From the sequence record OR983333.1: DNA of 64,000 bases; one strand, written 5' to 3'. The DNA is from Escherichia phage 1-6af. The notes below the pieces were generated by a model. The model saw nothing but the letters and a program-made list of their open reading frames with translations. It was not told the DNA's origin and ran no database searches. Both the position numbers and the translations under genes were made by a program. Positions 41,568-49,989 of this stretch are shown here, one piece after another (the stretch's first letter is position 1; each line of letters begins with the position of its first letter).

Positions 41568-42181
41568 AACGAATCCACCAACGTAATATTATAATTGCTA
41601 AGGTTTTCAGAGATGTGATGAAAATGCTCCAGAAGTCGCATCGGTTGCTGACCGTAAGAGTCACGAGGTGCTTCCAGATCTACTTGTCCTACCAGTGCAC
41701 CTTTATAATGCACCTTACCATCCGTAGGGTTGATGTAAATGTAACGAGTAACCAATCCATCAAATTCAGGATTGAACAGACTGTAAACCATTTCACCAGA
41801 GATCGAACGACCAATCCCAGGAGCGTTTCGAATCTTGTTACCCATCAAACCCTTCGCTCTCTGACGAACAGGGTTGATGTGAGTCCAGCTTACAGTGTTA
41901 CCGTTATGGAACAGATAACCAACATCAGGCGATTCAAGAATCAAGGTTGGGTCGAACACTGGAATATTCATCGTAGTGTTTCGAAGATTCCCTTGCTCAT
42001 TCTTGTACCACTGCTCTACAACAAAGTACAAAGCCTGTTCTGCTTCGTGAGAGAAGTCATCGCTGCGGAAGTTACCGCTCTGCTCAACACCAATCACAAA
42101 ACACGGAAGGTTGATATTGCCTGCCCGTTTAGCAATCCATGTACCATTATAGTAATGAGAAAAATCAGCTACTAAGCTCAC
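41564..42181 (-). CDS. hypothetical protein (ligase operon)
   Basis: 205-aa ORF; start/stop overlap with neighbours. Confidence 0.4.
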   Translation of the reverse strand: MSLVADFSHYYNGTWIAKRAGNINLPCFVIGVEQSGNFRSDDFSHEAEQALYFVVEQWYKNEQGNLRNTTMNIPVFDPTLILESPDVGYLFHNGNTVSWTHINPVRQRAKGLMGNKIRNAPGIGRSISGEMVYSLFNPEFDGLVTRYIYINPTDGKVHYKGALVGQVDLEAPRDSYGQQPMRLLEHFHHISENLSNYNITLVDSL

Positions 42182-42190
42182 GATAACCTC

Positions 42191-42997
42191 TTATGCTACC
42201 TGAAGGAGTTTGATCTGCTGGTCAGCTTCTTTAACGTTGTTCCCGTTAATGATTTCATGAAGCTTCTCAATCGGAAGGCGAGAGTGCAATGCCATCAGAG
42301 TGGACATATCACACTGCTGAACAACCTTGTCAACCTGATCGTAAACAAACTTACGGTTTTCACGATCACTAATCCAGAAGTTAGACAGAGAGCGGTATTC
42401 AATACCATAGTCTTTATAACGGATTGCAGATGCTTTACCGTAGAGTTCTTTACGGCGAGTATCTTTGTCCATAATTACTGCTGGGAGAGACAGGAAGTAG
42501 TCACACAGCACACCAAGCATCATCTGAGTTTGCAAAGTGATATCCAAAGCACCAACTACACCAAGATGTACGTGACCACCGGCAGTACGAAGCCCCTTAT
42601 TCTGGGAAGTCGGGGATGGGTTCTTCTGACCAGTGAAGGCGTTGAAATCAGGAGTGCACCCGAAGATGAACGCTGATTCATTAAAGGTCTTCATCTCTTC
42701 TTCAGTGAAGATGTGAGAGCTAACACCAGGAGCTGTTTCCATGTCCAGTTTGTTCAGGACATTATTGGTGAGATCAATACCACGTTGCATGTTATCGTTA
42801 AACGCTTCAAAACCGCTCTGTGGGTCAATATCAAACTCAGCCAATACGTTGTCCTCTTGGAGACGAACATCCTTAGCCAGAGCGATCTTATCGTCCTTAG
42901 AGCAGCCTAATAAACCGGCTACAGAAGTGATGATACCATTGCTAGTACGAACAAACATTTCAGGGTCAGAGCCGATAAGGAATTTGCGCTTAGTCAT
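42191..42997 (-). CDS. amidoligase-like protein (second GS-like paralog)
   Basis: N-terminal GSDPE and GGHVHLG motifs. Confidence 0.5.
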   Translation of the reverse strand: MTKRKFLIGSDPEMFVRTSNGIITSVAGLLGCSKDDKIALAKDVRLQEDNVLAEFDIDPQSGFEAFNDNMQRGIDLTNNVLNKLDMETAPGVSSHIFTEEEMKTFNESAFIFGCTPDFNAFTGQKNPSPTSQNKGLRTAGGHVHLGVVGALDITLQTQMMLGVLCDYFLSLPAVIMDKDTRRKELYGKASAIRYKDYGIEYRSLSNFWISDRENRKFVYDQVDKVVQQCDMSTLMALHSRLPIEKLHEIINGNNVKEADQQIKLLQVA

Positions 42998-43961
42998 TGT
43001 AATACTCCACTAGTTCAGAAAAGAGAGATGAGATTGTGTTACCAACTTCTTCAAGAGTAAGACCGGAATCTGCTCCAGTTCTCTGAATCAGTCGGGCTGT
43101 AAAGTTTTGTACTGTAATGTTTCCCAACTTGTCATCTATTGTTTCACGTTTGTGACCATAACAGTTGGACCAGAGTCTTAACCACTCTGACATTGTTTCA
43201 TACTCGTCTGGGTCTTGATCTTTAGCACGAGCAAATCTTCGTAAGGCATCTTGGTTATGGTTACGAACATAACCATGCCCGTTGTCGCCAACACCGAAGG
43301 GGTTTTGAACCCATACTTGTTTCGTGTATTCATCAGAGTCAACAACCAAAGGAAGGAATGCTGCTGCTGACATATTGTTGTTAATAACAATAGAGGTGCT
43401 CTCGCTACTCCCATTGGCTCTTCCTCGTTGAGACCATCCACCGAAGAAGTCACGACCCAACCCAGCTAACACTAGAGCGATGCCGATGCGTTTACGCTTA
43501 AGCCACTCTTCCCTGTCTTCAATTCCTTCTGCTAGGAAATCCATTCCACGATACTGCCCTTCCAGAATGCTACGGAAGAGCATGAGTCCTGTGAAGATCT
43601 GATCTGCTGGATGCTCACGAAGGTTGACAGCAACACTATTCGCTGAAGTGATCGTAAATACGTCACGATAGCAAGACATGGAGTTCATAATGTCTGCTGT
43701 TTCAACCAAATTCTTTTCAATATCAGATGTAACATGACCATGAAAAGAGTGAGTCCAGTAATTCAACATCTCCAGTTGCAAGTTGATATCACGGTTGAAG
43801 CGACGATAGCGCCCTTCTTCCGTGATAACTTCACCATTAATGTCATTTACACACTGGCCTTGCATGTAGTTGTGGATACCGAAGCACCCACGACCTAAGA
43901 ACTTCTGTTCCCCTAAATCCTGTTGAAGATTCTGAGGTACGATCGTTGTGGAGATTGACAT
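42990..43961 (-). CDS. hypothetical protein (ligase operon)
   Basis: 323-aa ORF; overlapping start/stop. Confidence 0.4.
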   Translation of the reverse strand: MSISTTIVPQNLQQDLGEQKFLGRGCFGIHNYMQGQCVNDINGEVITEEGRYRRFNRDINLQLEMLNYWTHSFHGHVTSDIEKNLVETADIMNSMSCYRDVFTITSANSVAVNLREHPADQIFTGLMLFRSILEGQYRGMDFLAEGIEDREEWLKRKRIGIALVLAGLGRDFFGGWSQRGRANGSSESTSIVINNNMSAAAFLPLVVDSDEYTKQVWVQNPFGVGDNGHGYVRNHNQDALRRFARAKDQDPDEYETMSEWLRLWSNCYGHKRETIDDKLGNITVQNFTARLIQRTGADSGLTLEEVGNTISSLFSELVEYYND

Positions 43962-43971
43962 AACTAACCTT

Positions 43972-45171
43972 TTATTTTCCTAAAAATAATCCGCTCATAA
44001 CACCATCCCACTCAGAGGATGGAATCACTGAATACTCCGAACTTTGGTCCAGAGTTCCACTACTAAATCGCTGAACAATGTTGTAGATGTTGAACAGGTC
44101 TTTAGCCTCGGCACGAATGCCATATACTAATTTATTTGCTGTTCTTTCATCTTTAGAGACACGACGAGCAAAGTTAACCAAAAGGTTATCACATTTCAGG
44201 ATTTCTGATTCACTCTCTACTAGATCGGGGTGCATTACTGGCAAGAACATTGAGTTGTTAACTCGCAATTCTGCTGTTTCGTCGTTCTCATAATGAATCC
44301 ACTTAAAGTCTTCATCACGGAAGTGACCGCATCCATCTCTGTATGACTGTTGACGCCAAGGCACTTGAAATGCTTCAGCGTATTTATCAGCCATACCAAC
44401 TGTAAATAGCGACGCTGGGAAGATACAAGCATCCCAATCATTACCAACCAGAGTTGCTTTCGTTTCACCCAAGAGGTTAGTGTAAGTGCTAACCATTCGT
44501 GAGTAAACATAAGCCTGAAGGATTGTCCAGCCTTCAACCAACCATTTGTGGAGGAAGGTTTCAACTTGACTCTCTTCATCTTCACAATAGAAGGTTCGAT
44601 CTAACATCAAATAGAATAGACAACGATCAGCAGGAACATTTTCAGTTGCTACCCCCATAAAACCTTTATCGTGCCAGCGTAAACAGGAGGGACGATCTTT
44701 GTCCACAAATGCTTCCATAGCTTCCAGTACAGCACGAGGTGTGGTTCGATGTTCAGGGTTTTTGTCGTTCCAACGTTCAATGTTATTCTTAGGGGGCGTG
44801 TCTTCATCTTCATACGAACACCAACTTAAAGCTTCAGCTACATGCTTTTCATCACGCCAACTTCTAAAGCCTAACATCTTCATATGAGTTCCAGAGTTCC
44901 AGATATGCTTGATTTTACACATATCCATCTCTCGGCTTAACAGGAACTCTTCCCCATCAGCACTACGAACGTTAGATTCTTCATGCCACACTCGAACGTG
45001 CATATTCCATCCATGAGTTGCCTCATACATGTTAGGGTCGAAGTAGTCATCATATTCTTCGTCGTCTTCATCAACGCCACCATTATAGTTGCGAAGCTGA
45101 AGGAACCCATAACAAGGAGGACTAACCGTTAAAACATTACCTTCAGTATCTTCTAATGTTACTGGAAACAT
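43972..45171 (-). CDS. hypothetical Trp-rich acidic protein (ligase operon)
   Basis: 399-aa ORF; operon context. Confidence 0.4.
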   Translation of the reverse strand: MFPVTLEDTEGNVLTVSPPCYGFLQLRNYNGGVDEDDEEYDDYFDPNMYEATHGWNMHVRVWHEESNVRSADGEEFLLSREMDMCKIKHIWNSGTHMKMLGFRSWRDEKHVAEALSWCSYEDEDTPPKNNIERWNDKNPEHRTTPRAVLEAMEAFVDKDRPSCLRWHDKGFMGVATENVPADRCLFYLMLDRTFYCEDEESQVETFLHKWLVEGWTILQAYVYSRMVSTYTNLLGETKATLVGNDWDACIFPASLFTVGMADKYAEAFQVPWRQQSYRDGCGHFRDEDFKWIHYENDETAELRVNNSMFLPVMHPDLVESESEILKCDNLLVNFARRVSKDERTANKLVYGIRAEAKDLFNIYNIVQRFSSGTLDQSSEYSVIPSSEWDGVMSGLFLGK

Positions 45172-45182
45172 TATACCAACCT

Positions 45183-45545
45183 CTATTGGTTTTTAATTAA
45201 CTCAATCGACTTACGGATATAAAGAATATCTCGGAAGTTTCGATAGTTGTTCATAAATTGATGCTTCTGGAACTCAGCTTCTTCCAGAGCTTTCTTTGCT
45301 TCTGCGTAGTTTTTACGGGCAAGATGTACAACCCGCTCTGGTAACACGTTTGCACGATGGATTAGATACTTATGAGCTTTCATGTTACTTTGCTCACGAG
45401 CAATCTTACCTTTAGCAACCTTGATACCATTTGCAATCCAAGCAAGTTCTTGCTCAAGCTCATCGTTGGACATTCCACCGAGGTTTGATGCAACCTTGTT
45501 CAGAGTTTCAATATTAACGTTGCCCTTGATGGGACGTGTATTCAT
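45183..45545 (-). CDS. hypothetical protein
   Basis: 120-aa helical ORF, first gene of the ligase operon. Confidence 0.4.
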   Translation of the reverse strand: MNTRPIKGNVNIETLNKVASNLGGMSNDELEQELAWIANGIKVAKGKIAREQSNMKAHKYLIHRANVLPERVVHLARKNYAEAKKALEEAEFQKHQFMNNYRNFRDILYIRKSIELIKNQ

Positions 45546-45547
45546 AC

Positions 45548-45700
45548 TTACTCCTGTTGTTTACACTCGTCAATAACCCACTGATAAGTGGATTGCCCAG
45601 AAAAGAAACACTGAATAAATCCAGATGTTCTCTGCGTTACCAGTGCTAGTGCACAAATCACTACCGCTGCTGCTAGCAGTTTTAAATCTAATTTAGACAT
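45548..45700 (-). CDS. small signal-peptide-like protein (50 aa)
   Basis: Below cutoff; ATG 45700 with GAGG RBS; hydrophobic N-terminus; hand translation. Confidence 0.3.
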   Translation of the reverse strand: MSKLDLKLLAAAVVICALALVTQRTSGFIQCFFSGQSTYQWVIDECKQQE

Positions 45701-45926
45701 ATTTCCTCTCGTTGAATTTAAAAAAGGACTCTCCGAAAAGAGTCAAGCTTTAAATACAAAAAGATATTACCCAATATCTGTGGATAACCTGCTCTTAAAA
45801 TATCTATCCGACGGATGTTCGAGGAATGTTCCTCTCCCTAGCATCGGCCCCATACGGGAAATATATTAAGATTAGGTTAGTTGAGTCAGAATAACTCACA
45901 TAGCCCTCCGAAGAAGGCTATAGGTG

Positions 45927-46160
45927 TTACTCGCCTTTCTTAGCACGGTCTTTGGCAGTCTTGCCAGTGCGGATGCGGTGTGAAACGTTAACCAGAGTGC
46001 CACCTTCAACTACAGTAACGCTCTTGTTTTTAGCCAGATCAAACACAGTCTTCTCTGTGCCGCCCAAGCGAATTTGCTTAGGCTCACTGAAGGTTTGGGT
46101 TGATTTAGATTGGAACTGGAATGGTTGACGGATTGCATCAATTGCGCTTACTTTAGACAT
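45927..46160 (-). CDS. hypothetical protein
   Basis: 77-aa basic ORF with AAGGAA RBS. Confidence 0.4.
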   Translation of the reverse strand: MSKVSAIDAIRQPFQFQSKSTQTFSEPKQIRLGGTEKTVFDLAKNKSVTVVEGGTLVNVSHRIRTGKTAKDRAKKGE

Positions 46161-46266
46161 AGGGGAAATTCCTTAAAAAGTCATGGCTGCGTAGAGGGAA
46201 TTCCCTACGCAAATTGGGCCGCCCACAGAGAGGCGTCATAGTACTAAAAGGAGGAGAGAAGAAGGC

Positions 46267-46383
46267 TTATTTAGCTACCTTTTTCTGTCCATTTACGAAC
46301 CAGATAATTGAACCATCAGGCTGTCGTTGACCGAAGCCTTTCTGGTTAATCATATCGTCATAAGAATATGCTTTACGTCTCAT
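46267..46383 (-). CDS. hypothetical small protein (38 aa)
   Basis: Below cutoff; AGGAAAA RBS; hand translation. Confidence 0.25.
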   Translation of the reverse strand: MRRKAYSYDDMINQKGFGQRQPDGSIIWFVNGQKKVAK

Positions 46384-46394
46384 TTGTTTTCCTA

Positions 46395-46607
46395 TTAACA
46401 GGCGTAGTTACTTAGATACACATGCCGATCTCTCAGCACCTCACCAAGAAAAGATTTGTAATCTTCTGTTATGTCAGAATAAAACTTCTCTTTAGCTTCT
46501 TCCTCAGACACTTTCCACAACTTAGAAAGTTGGTTGAACAATACTTCCTCAGAGGAGAACAGTAGGTATGCATTCTGGATGAGTATATCTTTCTCTTCTT
46601 GAGTCAT
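46395..46607 (-). CDS. hypothetical protein
   Basis: 70-aa ORF; operon context. Confidence 0.4.
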   Translation of the reverse strand: MTQEEKDILIQNAYLLFSSEEVLFNQLSKLWKVSEEEAKEKFYSDITEDYKSFLGEVLRDRHVYLSNYAC

Positions 46608-46614
46608 AGATCAC

Positions 46615-46863
46615 CTATGAAGTTAAAATAATCTCAGCCTTAATAAACTTCTCACCAACAACCATATCTCCAGACACAGGACGAACTTCTCCAGTTCCTA
46701 AGTTAACAGCTCCAGCAGGTTGACAACCTATGCTCTTAGCTGTCAGCATGTAAATCTTTTGAAGATGGCACTCTTGGAGAGTGAACACATCTGACATGTT
46801 TAGATCTTTAACACGGAGGACTGTTTCCTCTTTGCTCTTAACTTTAATATGAATAGTGCTCAT
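46615..46863 (-). CDS. small beta-rich protein (paralog family member)
   Basis: About 80 aa; shares a loose motif with the family described in findings. Confidence 0.4.
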   Translation of the reverse strand: MSTIHIKVKSKEETVLRVKDLNMSDVFTLQECHLQKIYMLTAKSIGCQPAGAVNLGTGEVRPVSGDMVVGEKFIKAEIILTS

Positions 46864-46865
46864 AA

Positions 46866-47111
46866 TTACTCCTGAACCACTGACATACGAATCATTTCAA
46901 CCTGAGTATCACTTTTCATAACACCCAGAACACCAGTCATAAGATTAACTGTAGTAATCCAACCTTCTTCGACAGAGATCTTATTGGATACATTGGTAAC
47001 TCGCATATAATACTGAGGCGATGCTAAACCTTGTTGGATTACGAAAGGGTTTCCGGGAATAATTGTATCCAGTGAAACAGTTTTATCTTTAATCTTGGGA
47101 AGGATCTTCAT
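46866..47111 (-). CDS. small beta-rich protein (paralog family member)
   Basis: LxxIPGNPF motif; tandem with neighbours. Confidence 0.45.
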   Translation of the reverse strand: MKILPKIKDKTVSLDTIIPGNPFVIQQGLASPQYYMRVTNVSNKISVEEGWITTVNLMTGVLGVMKSDTQVEMIRMSVVQE

Positions 47112-47359
47112 TATGTGTTATCCACCAAAAGTTCTGCTGACACAGGAACAACTCGGCACCAGATAGAAGGTGCTGTTACGTTACCATCGGATAAACGAAG
47201 GGTAATTGCTCGATCAGAGTTAACGGTTACATTAGGACTTTCAGACACAGACCCTTTAACATAGAGAGTAGCACTCTCAGGGAATTTAAATACTGCTCCG
47301 CTGGGAAGGGAGTTGATATCAACCGTGGTCACTTCTTCTTTCTTGTGAGTAATCTTCAT
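47111..47359 (-). CDS. small beta-rich protein (paralog family member)
   Basis: INSLPSGAVF motif; ATGA overlap with neighbour. Confidence 0.45.
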   Translation of the reverse strand: MKITHKKEEVTTVDINSLPSGAVFKFPESATLYVKGSVSESPNVTVNSDRAITLRLSDGNVTAPSIWCRVVPVSAELLVDNT

Positions 47360-47367
47360 ATTGATTC

Positions 47368-47679
47368 CTATTTAAGTTTGAGGCTAATATTAAGGTGCAT
47401 ACATGCCCTGTTCTGTACAGCAGCATAGCTTCTACCGAGCATGTCAGCCATTCTCTGAATAGACATGAACCCAGCATTACGGATAAGGAACTGGTCTTCT
47501 TCTTCAGACCATTTAACTCGGATTGAAGCTCTTGATATTCCGAATTTAGTGCAAGCTGTATTAACTGCATTCTCCGTTACATTCATAATCTGAGCAACTT
47601 CTTTAACCGAGTACTCTTTGATTAGTCTCCGAAGATTTTCAATCTGCATCGGAGTCCATATAGTTCTTCGTGCTTTCAT
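47368..47679 (-). CDS. HTH DNA-binding protein (two tandem HTH-like repeats)
   Basis: Two repeats of W..E......S..E.A.....AV pattern (sigma region-4 / Myb-like); GGAGG RBS. Confidence 0.45.
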   Translation of the reverse strand: MKARRTIWTPMQIENLRRLIKEYSVKEVAQIMNVTENAVNTACTKFGISRASIRVKWSEEEDQFLIRNAGFMSIQRMADMLGRSYAAVQNRACMHLNISLKLK

Positions 47680-47706
47680 ACATCCTCCAATTAGATATTA
47701 TTCGAT

Positions 47707-47853
47707 TTGGTTACAGGTGTAGGATTCGAACCTACGCTCGGACTCCCTAGCCATCACCAAAGGAATGCATCCAATGGGCATACGGTCATTTGACCACGGG
47801 CGACTGCTTTACCGTAGGCTCTGCATTAGTGAGCCTCATAAGCTATACCTGTA
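47707..47853 (-). other. tRNA-like element of non-canonical length
   Basis: Minus strand reads GTAGG-TTCGAAT-CCTAC (T-arm), ACCTGTA, A, CCA; the only complementary 5' acceptor (TACAGGT) lies about 147 nt upstream, so no standard cloverleaf. Confidence 0.3.
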
Positions 47854-47982
47854 ACTAATTGCCAGGGATTCCACCTGGCTCCATCTGTTTTTAAAGTCAC
47901 TCAGATATCGTCCGGACTCTTTGCTGAGGGCCGTACAGGCTACTTCAAGTAACTGCTGTAAAGATTATTCCACAGCTTACCA

Positions 47983-48081
47983 CGATGAGGAGGTGCCTCA
48001 TCAGGAGAGTACACTAGCTCTGGGCCACGCCGTAGATATCGGCCTCCCTTCTACAGCTAATCAGCTAGTGTACTCTCCTGA
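47983..48081. repeat. nested inverted repeats (7-bp hairpin plus 20-bp perfect inverted repeat with 43-nt spacer)
   Basis: GATGAGG-aggtg-CCTCATC, then ATCAGGAGAGTACACTAGCT ... AGCTAGTGTACTCTCCTGAT. Confidence 0.6.
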
Positions 48082-48327
48082 TAATTTATAAATAGGGGGA
48101 GGGGACGAATCCTCCCTTATCCTATTAATTAGTATTGCATGTAAGATCTAACAATCGGTTGCCTTTGTAGGAATAAGCGTTATGCTAATCCAGCACTAAA
48201 CTCCCGCCCCCTTAGTGGGCTGGGTTATTAAAGGGTAACGCCCTTATGGGCTAGTTACATGAATGTTAGTTTGATAGGAGATCTGAAGTCCTATCTCAAA
48301 GGACTCTCGTAAGAATCCTTCACGATA

Positions 48328-48459
48328 TTACTTATTCATCTCTCGTCGGCTATCTCTCCAAGCCAACCAAGTGTAGGTTTTCAGTTCTTCAAAGTCTTCT
48401 GGAGAGAATAGATACTCTTTGAAGGTATCACCAAACCACTTTAAAAATTCTTCAGTCAT
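48328..48459 (-). CDS. hypothetical small protein (43 aa)
   Basis: Below cutoff; hand translation; weak AAGAGA RBS. Confidence 0.25.
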   Translation of the reverse strand: MTEEFLKWFGDTFKEYLFSPEDFEELKTYTWLAWRDSRREMNK

Positions 48460-48468
48460 AATATTCTC

Positions 48469-48642
48469 TTAGCAAGACTGGTCACACGGCTGATCACCGC
48501 ATGTTTTACAAATTACTGGTGAATAACTACAGGCAGGGTAGACAGAAACCCCATCCCATGTCTCACACCCACAATCAGGACATGTGCCGTTTGATTCCAT
48601 GTCATCATCGTCATCTACTTCACCGCCACCAAAACAACTCAT
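48469..48642 (-). CDS. small Cys-rich zinc-binding protein (57 aa)
   Basis: Below cutoff; ATG 48642 with AAGGAG RBS; CPDCGC ... CKTCGD..C pattern; hand translation. Confidence 0.4.
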   Translation of the reverse strand: MSCFGGGEVDDDDDMESNGTCPDCGCETWDGVSVYPACSYSPVICKTCGDQPCDQSC

Positions 48643-48651
48643 ACAGGCTCC

Positions 48652-48873
48652 TTAGTAAACTAAACCTATAGCCTTTGCATCGGGCTGAGGGACTACCTTT
48701 GCGCTAGGGCGATAACCATCCACTGAACCATTCCAAAGGTTGACACAGGTAATATACCCATCGTCTATGATGTCTGTTTTAATCCAGAAGTGTTTATCAT
48801 GACCAAAGATACTTCCGTTTGGCAGCGTGGACAGTTCAGCGGTTTTAAGTGACTGCTTAGAGTCTAGTTTCAT
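48652..48873 (-). CDS. small beta-rich protein (paralog family member)
   Basis: LSTLPNGSIFG..KHFWI motif. Confidence 0.45.
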   Translation of the reverse strand: MKLDSKQSLKTAELSTLPNGSIFGHDKHFWIKTDIIDDGYITCVNLWNGSVDGYRPSAKVVPQPDAKAIGLVY

Positions 48874-48880
48874 AATAACC

Positions 48881-49129
48881 TCAATTATCGTAGCATGTAT
48901 TCCAATACATGTAGTTAACGTACGTTCTCGGTTTGATTCCGTACATGATGAAGTGAGTCTTCTTGATCCTTTCCTTCAGCGTGTAATAAAGGCCATCACT
49001 GAAGTTACCAATCTTTACTTGGAAGCGTAAGGAGCGAGCATCCATTCGAAGCATGGAGATTAGCTGTACCCTACTACCTCCAGCCATCTCTTCAAGAAGC
49101 TTCTTTGTATTCCAATAATGAGCTGTCAT
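48881..49129 (-). CDS. hypothetical protein
   Basis: 82-aa ORF; operon context. Confidence 0.35.
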   Translation of the reverse strand: MTAHYWNTKKLLEEMAGGSRVQLISMLRMDARSLRFQVKIGNFSDGLYYTLKERIKKTHFIMYGIKPRTYVNYMYWNTCYDN

Positions 49130-49130
49130 A

Positions 49131-49412
49131 TTACCACTCCTTACCGGTTGTTGTTACAGAACCACCACACCACTGTGCATCTGACAAGGTTTTAGTTTCC
49201 TCATCTACTGCTGCACCGTTCAGGCATGAGATACCACTGTAACGCATATCAATTTCACCAGAAGGAACCTTCTCACCTTTGTGCCAGCGAGAAACACAAA
49301 CACCTTCCACTGCTACTGCACACCATCCATCAGGACGGCTCTGTACGCAGCCTGTAAGGGCTATGCAGACAAGGAAGATACATATTAAGGATATTACACC
49401 ACCCCATGACAT
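49131..49412 (-). CDS. lipoprotein
   Basis: Signal peptide with lipobox LTGC from internal Met; GGAGG RBS; ORF track extends to 49469 over the palindromic element. Confidence 0.45.
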   Translation of the reverse strand: MSWGGVISLICIFLVCIALTGCVQSRPDGWCAVAVEGVCVSRWHKGEKVPSGEIDMRYSGISCLNGAAVDEETKTLSDAQWCGGSVTTTGKEW

Positions 49413-49420
49413 AACACACC

Positions 49421-49510
49421 TCCAAGAGCCTCTAGCGAGGATGACAGGGTTCGAACCTGCATACTCCAATTACTTCTTTAACGACCGCTTAGAAGGCGGG
49501 GAAGATACAT
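49421..49510. repeat. palindromic tRNA-like intergenic element
   Basis: 13-bp perfect inverted repeat TCTAGCGAGGATG ... CATCCTCGCTAGA enclosing GGTTCGAACC and a CCGC-CTTCTAA-GCGG stem-loop (minus sense). Confidence 0.45.
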
Positions 49511-49525
49511 CCTCGCTAGAAGCTC

Positions 49526-49966
49526 TTATTTATTATTGAAACCCTTGCTCCAGTAATACTTACCGTTGCAAGACCTACTACAAAAATGGTTTTGGTTTTC
49601 TTTGTGGACCTTGTTACCCCTTCTCTCAAAAGATGTGCCACAATTACTACAAATCAAAGTAATGACCACACCCTTAGGTCTGTTCTCTAAGGTCTTCTTT
49701 AGGTGATCATTTGTGCTTAGAATCTGAAGGTTAGATATCTCATCATTGGTTGGATTTTGATCAACATGATCTACCTCTTCCTCCGCAGTAAGATACCTCC
49801 CTACATGGCAAGACATTAAATACCTTGCATAAGAGATCGTAGTCCTATCTGTGTTAGAATTGAATAGGTCAACACGCCTCCTCCCATCCTTACTTGTCCT
49901 TAAATACCCCAACCTCCAGTCATTGATGAAGGGGTATTCCAACTCTATTTTCAATACCACCTCCAT
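49526..49966 (-). CDS. HNH homing endonuclease
   Basis: HNH motif EEVDHVDQNPTNDEISNL...NDH plus C-terminal zinc ribbon. Confidence 0.65.
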   Translation of the reverse strand: MEVVLKIELEYPFINDWRLGYLRTSKDGRRRVDLFNSNTDRTTISYARYLMSCHVGRYLTAEEEVDHVDQNPTNDEISNLQILSTNDHLKKTLENRPKGVVITLICSNCGTSFERRGNKVHKENQNHFCSRSCNGKYYWSKGFNNK

Positions 49967-49989
49967 TGAGCTAAGGGTGCTAGATTTGT

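Noticed and set aside
45779-45787. Host-type DnaA-dependent origin based on a perfect TGTGGATAA box
   Set aside because: Single isolated box with no cluster or adjacent AT-rich unwinding element; noted only as a motif.
47707-47853. Canonical tRNA gene on the minus strand
   Set aside because: T-arm, acceptor 3' strand and CCA are present, but no complementary 5' acceptor strand lies within 70-95 nt and no D/anticodon arms can be drawn at standard spacing; kept only as a tRNA-like element.
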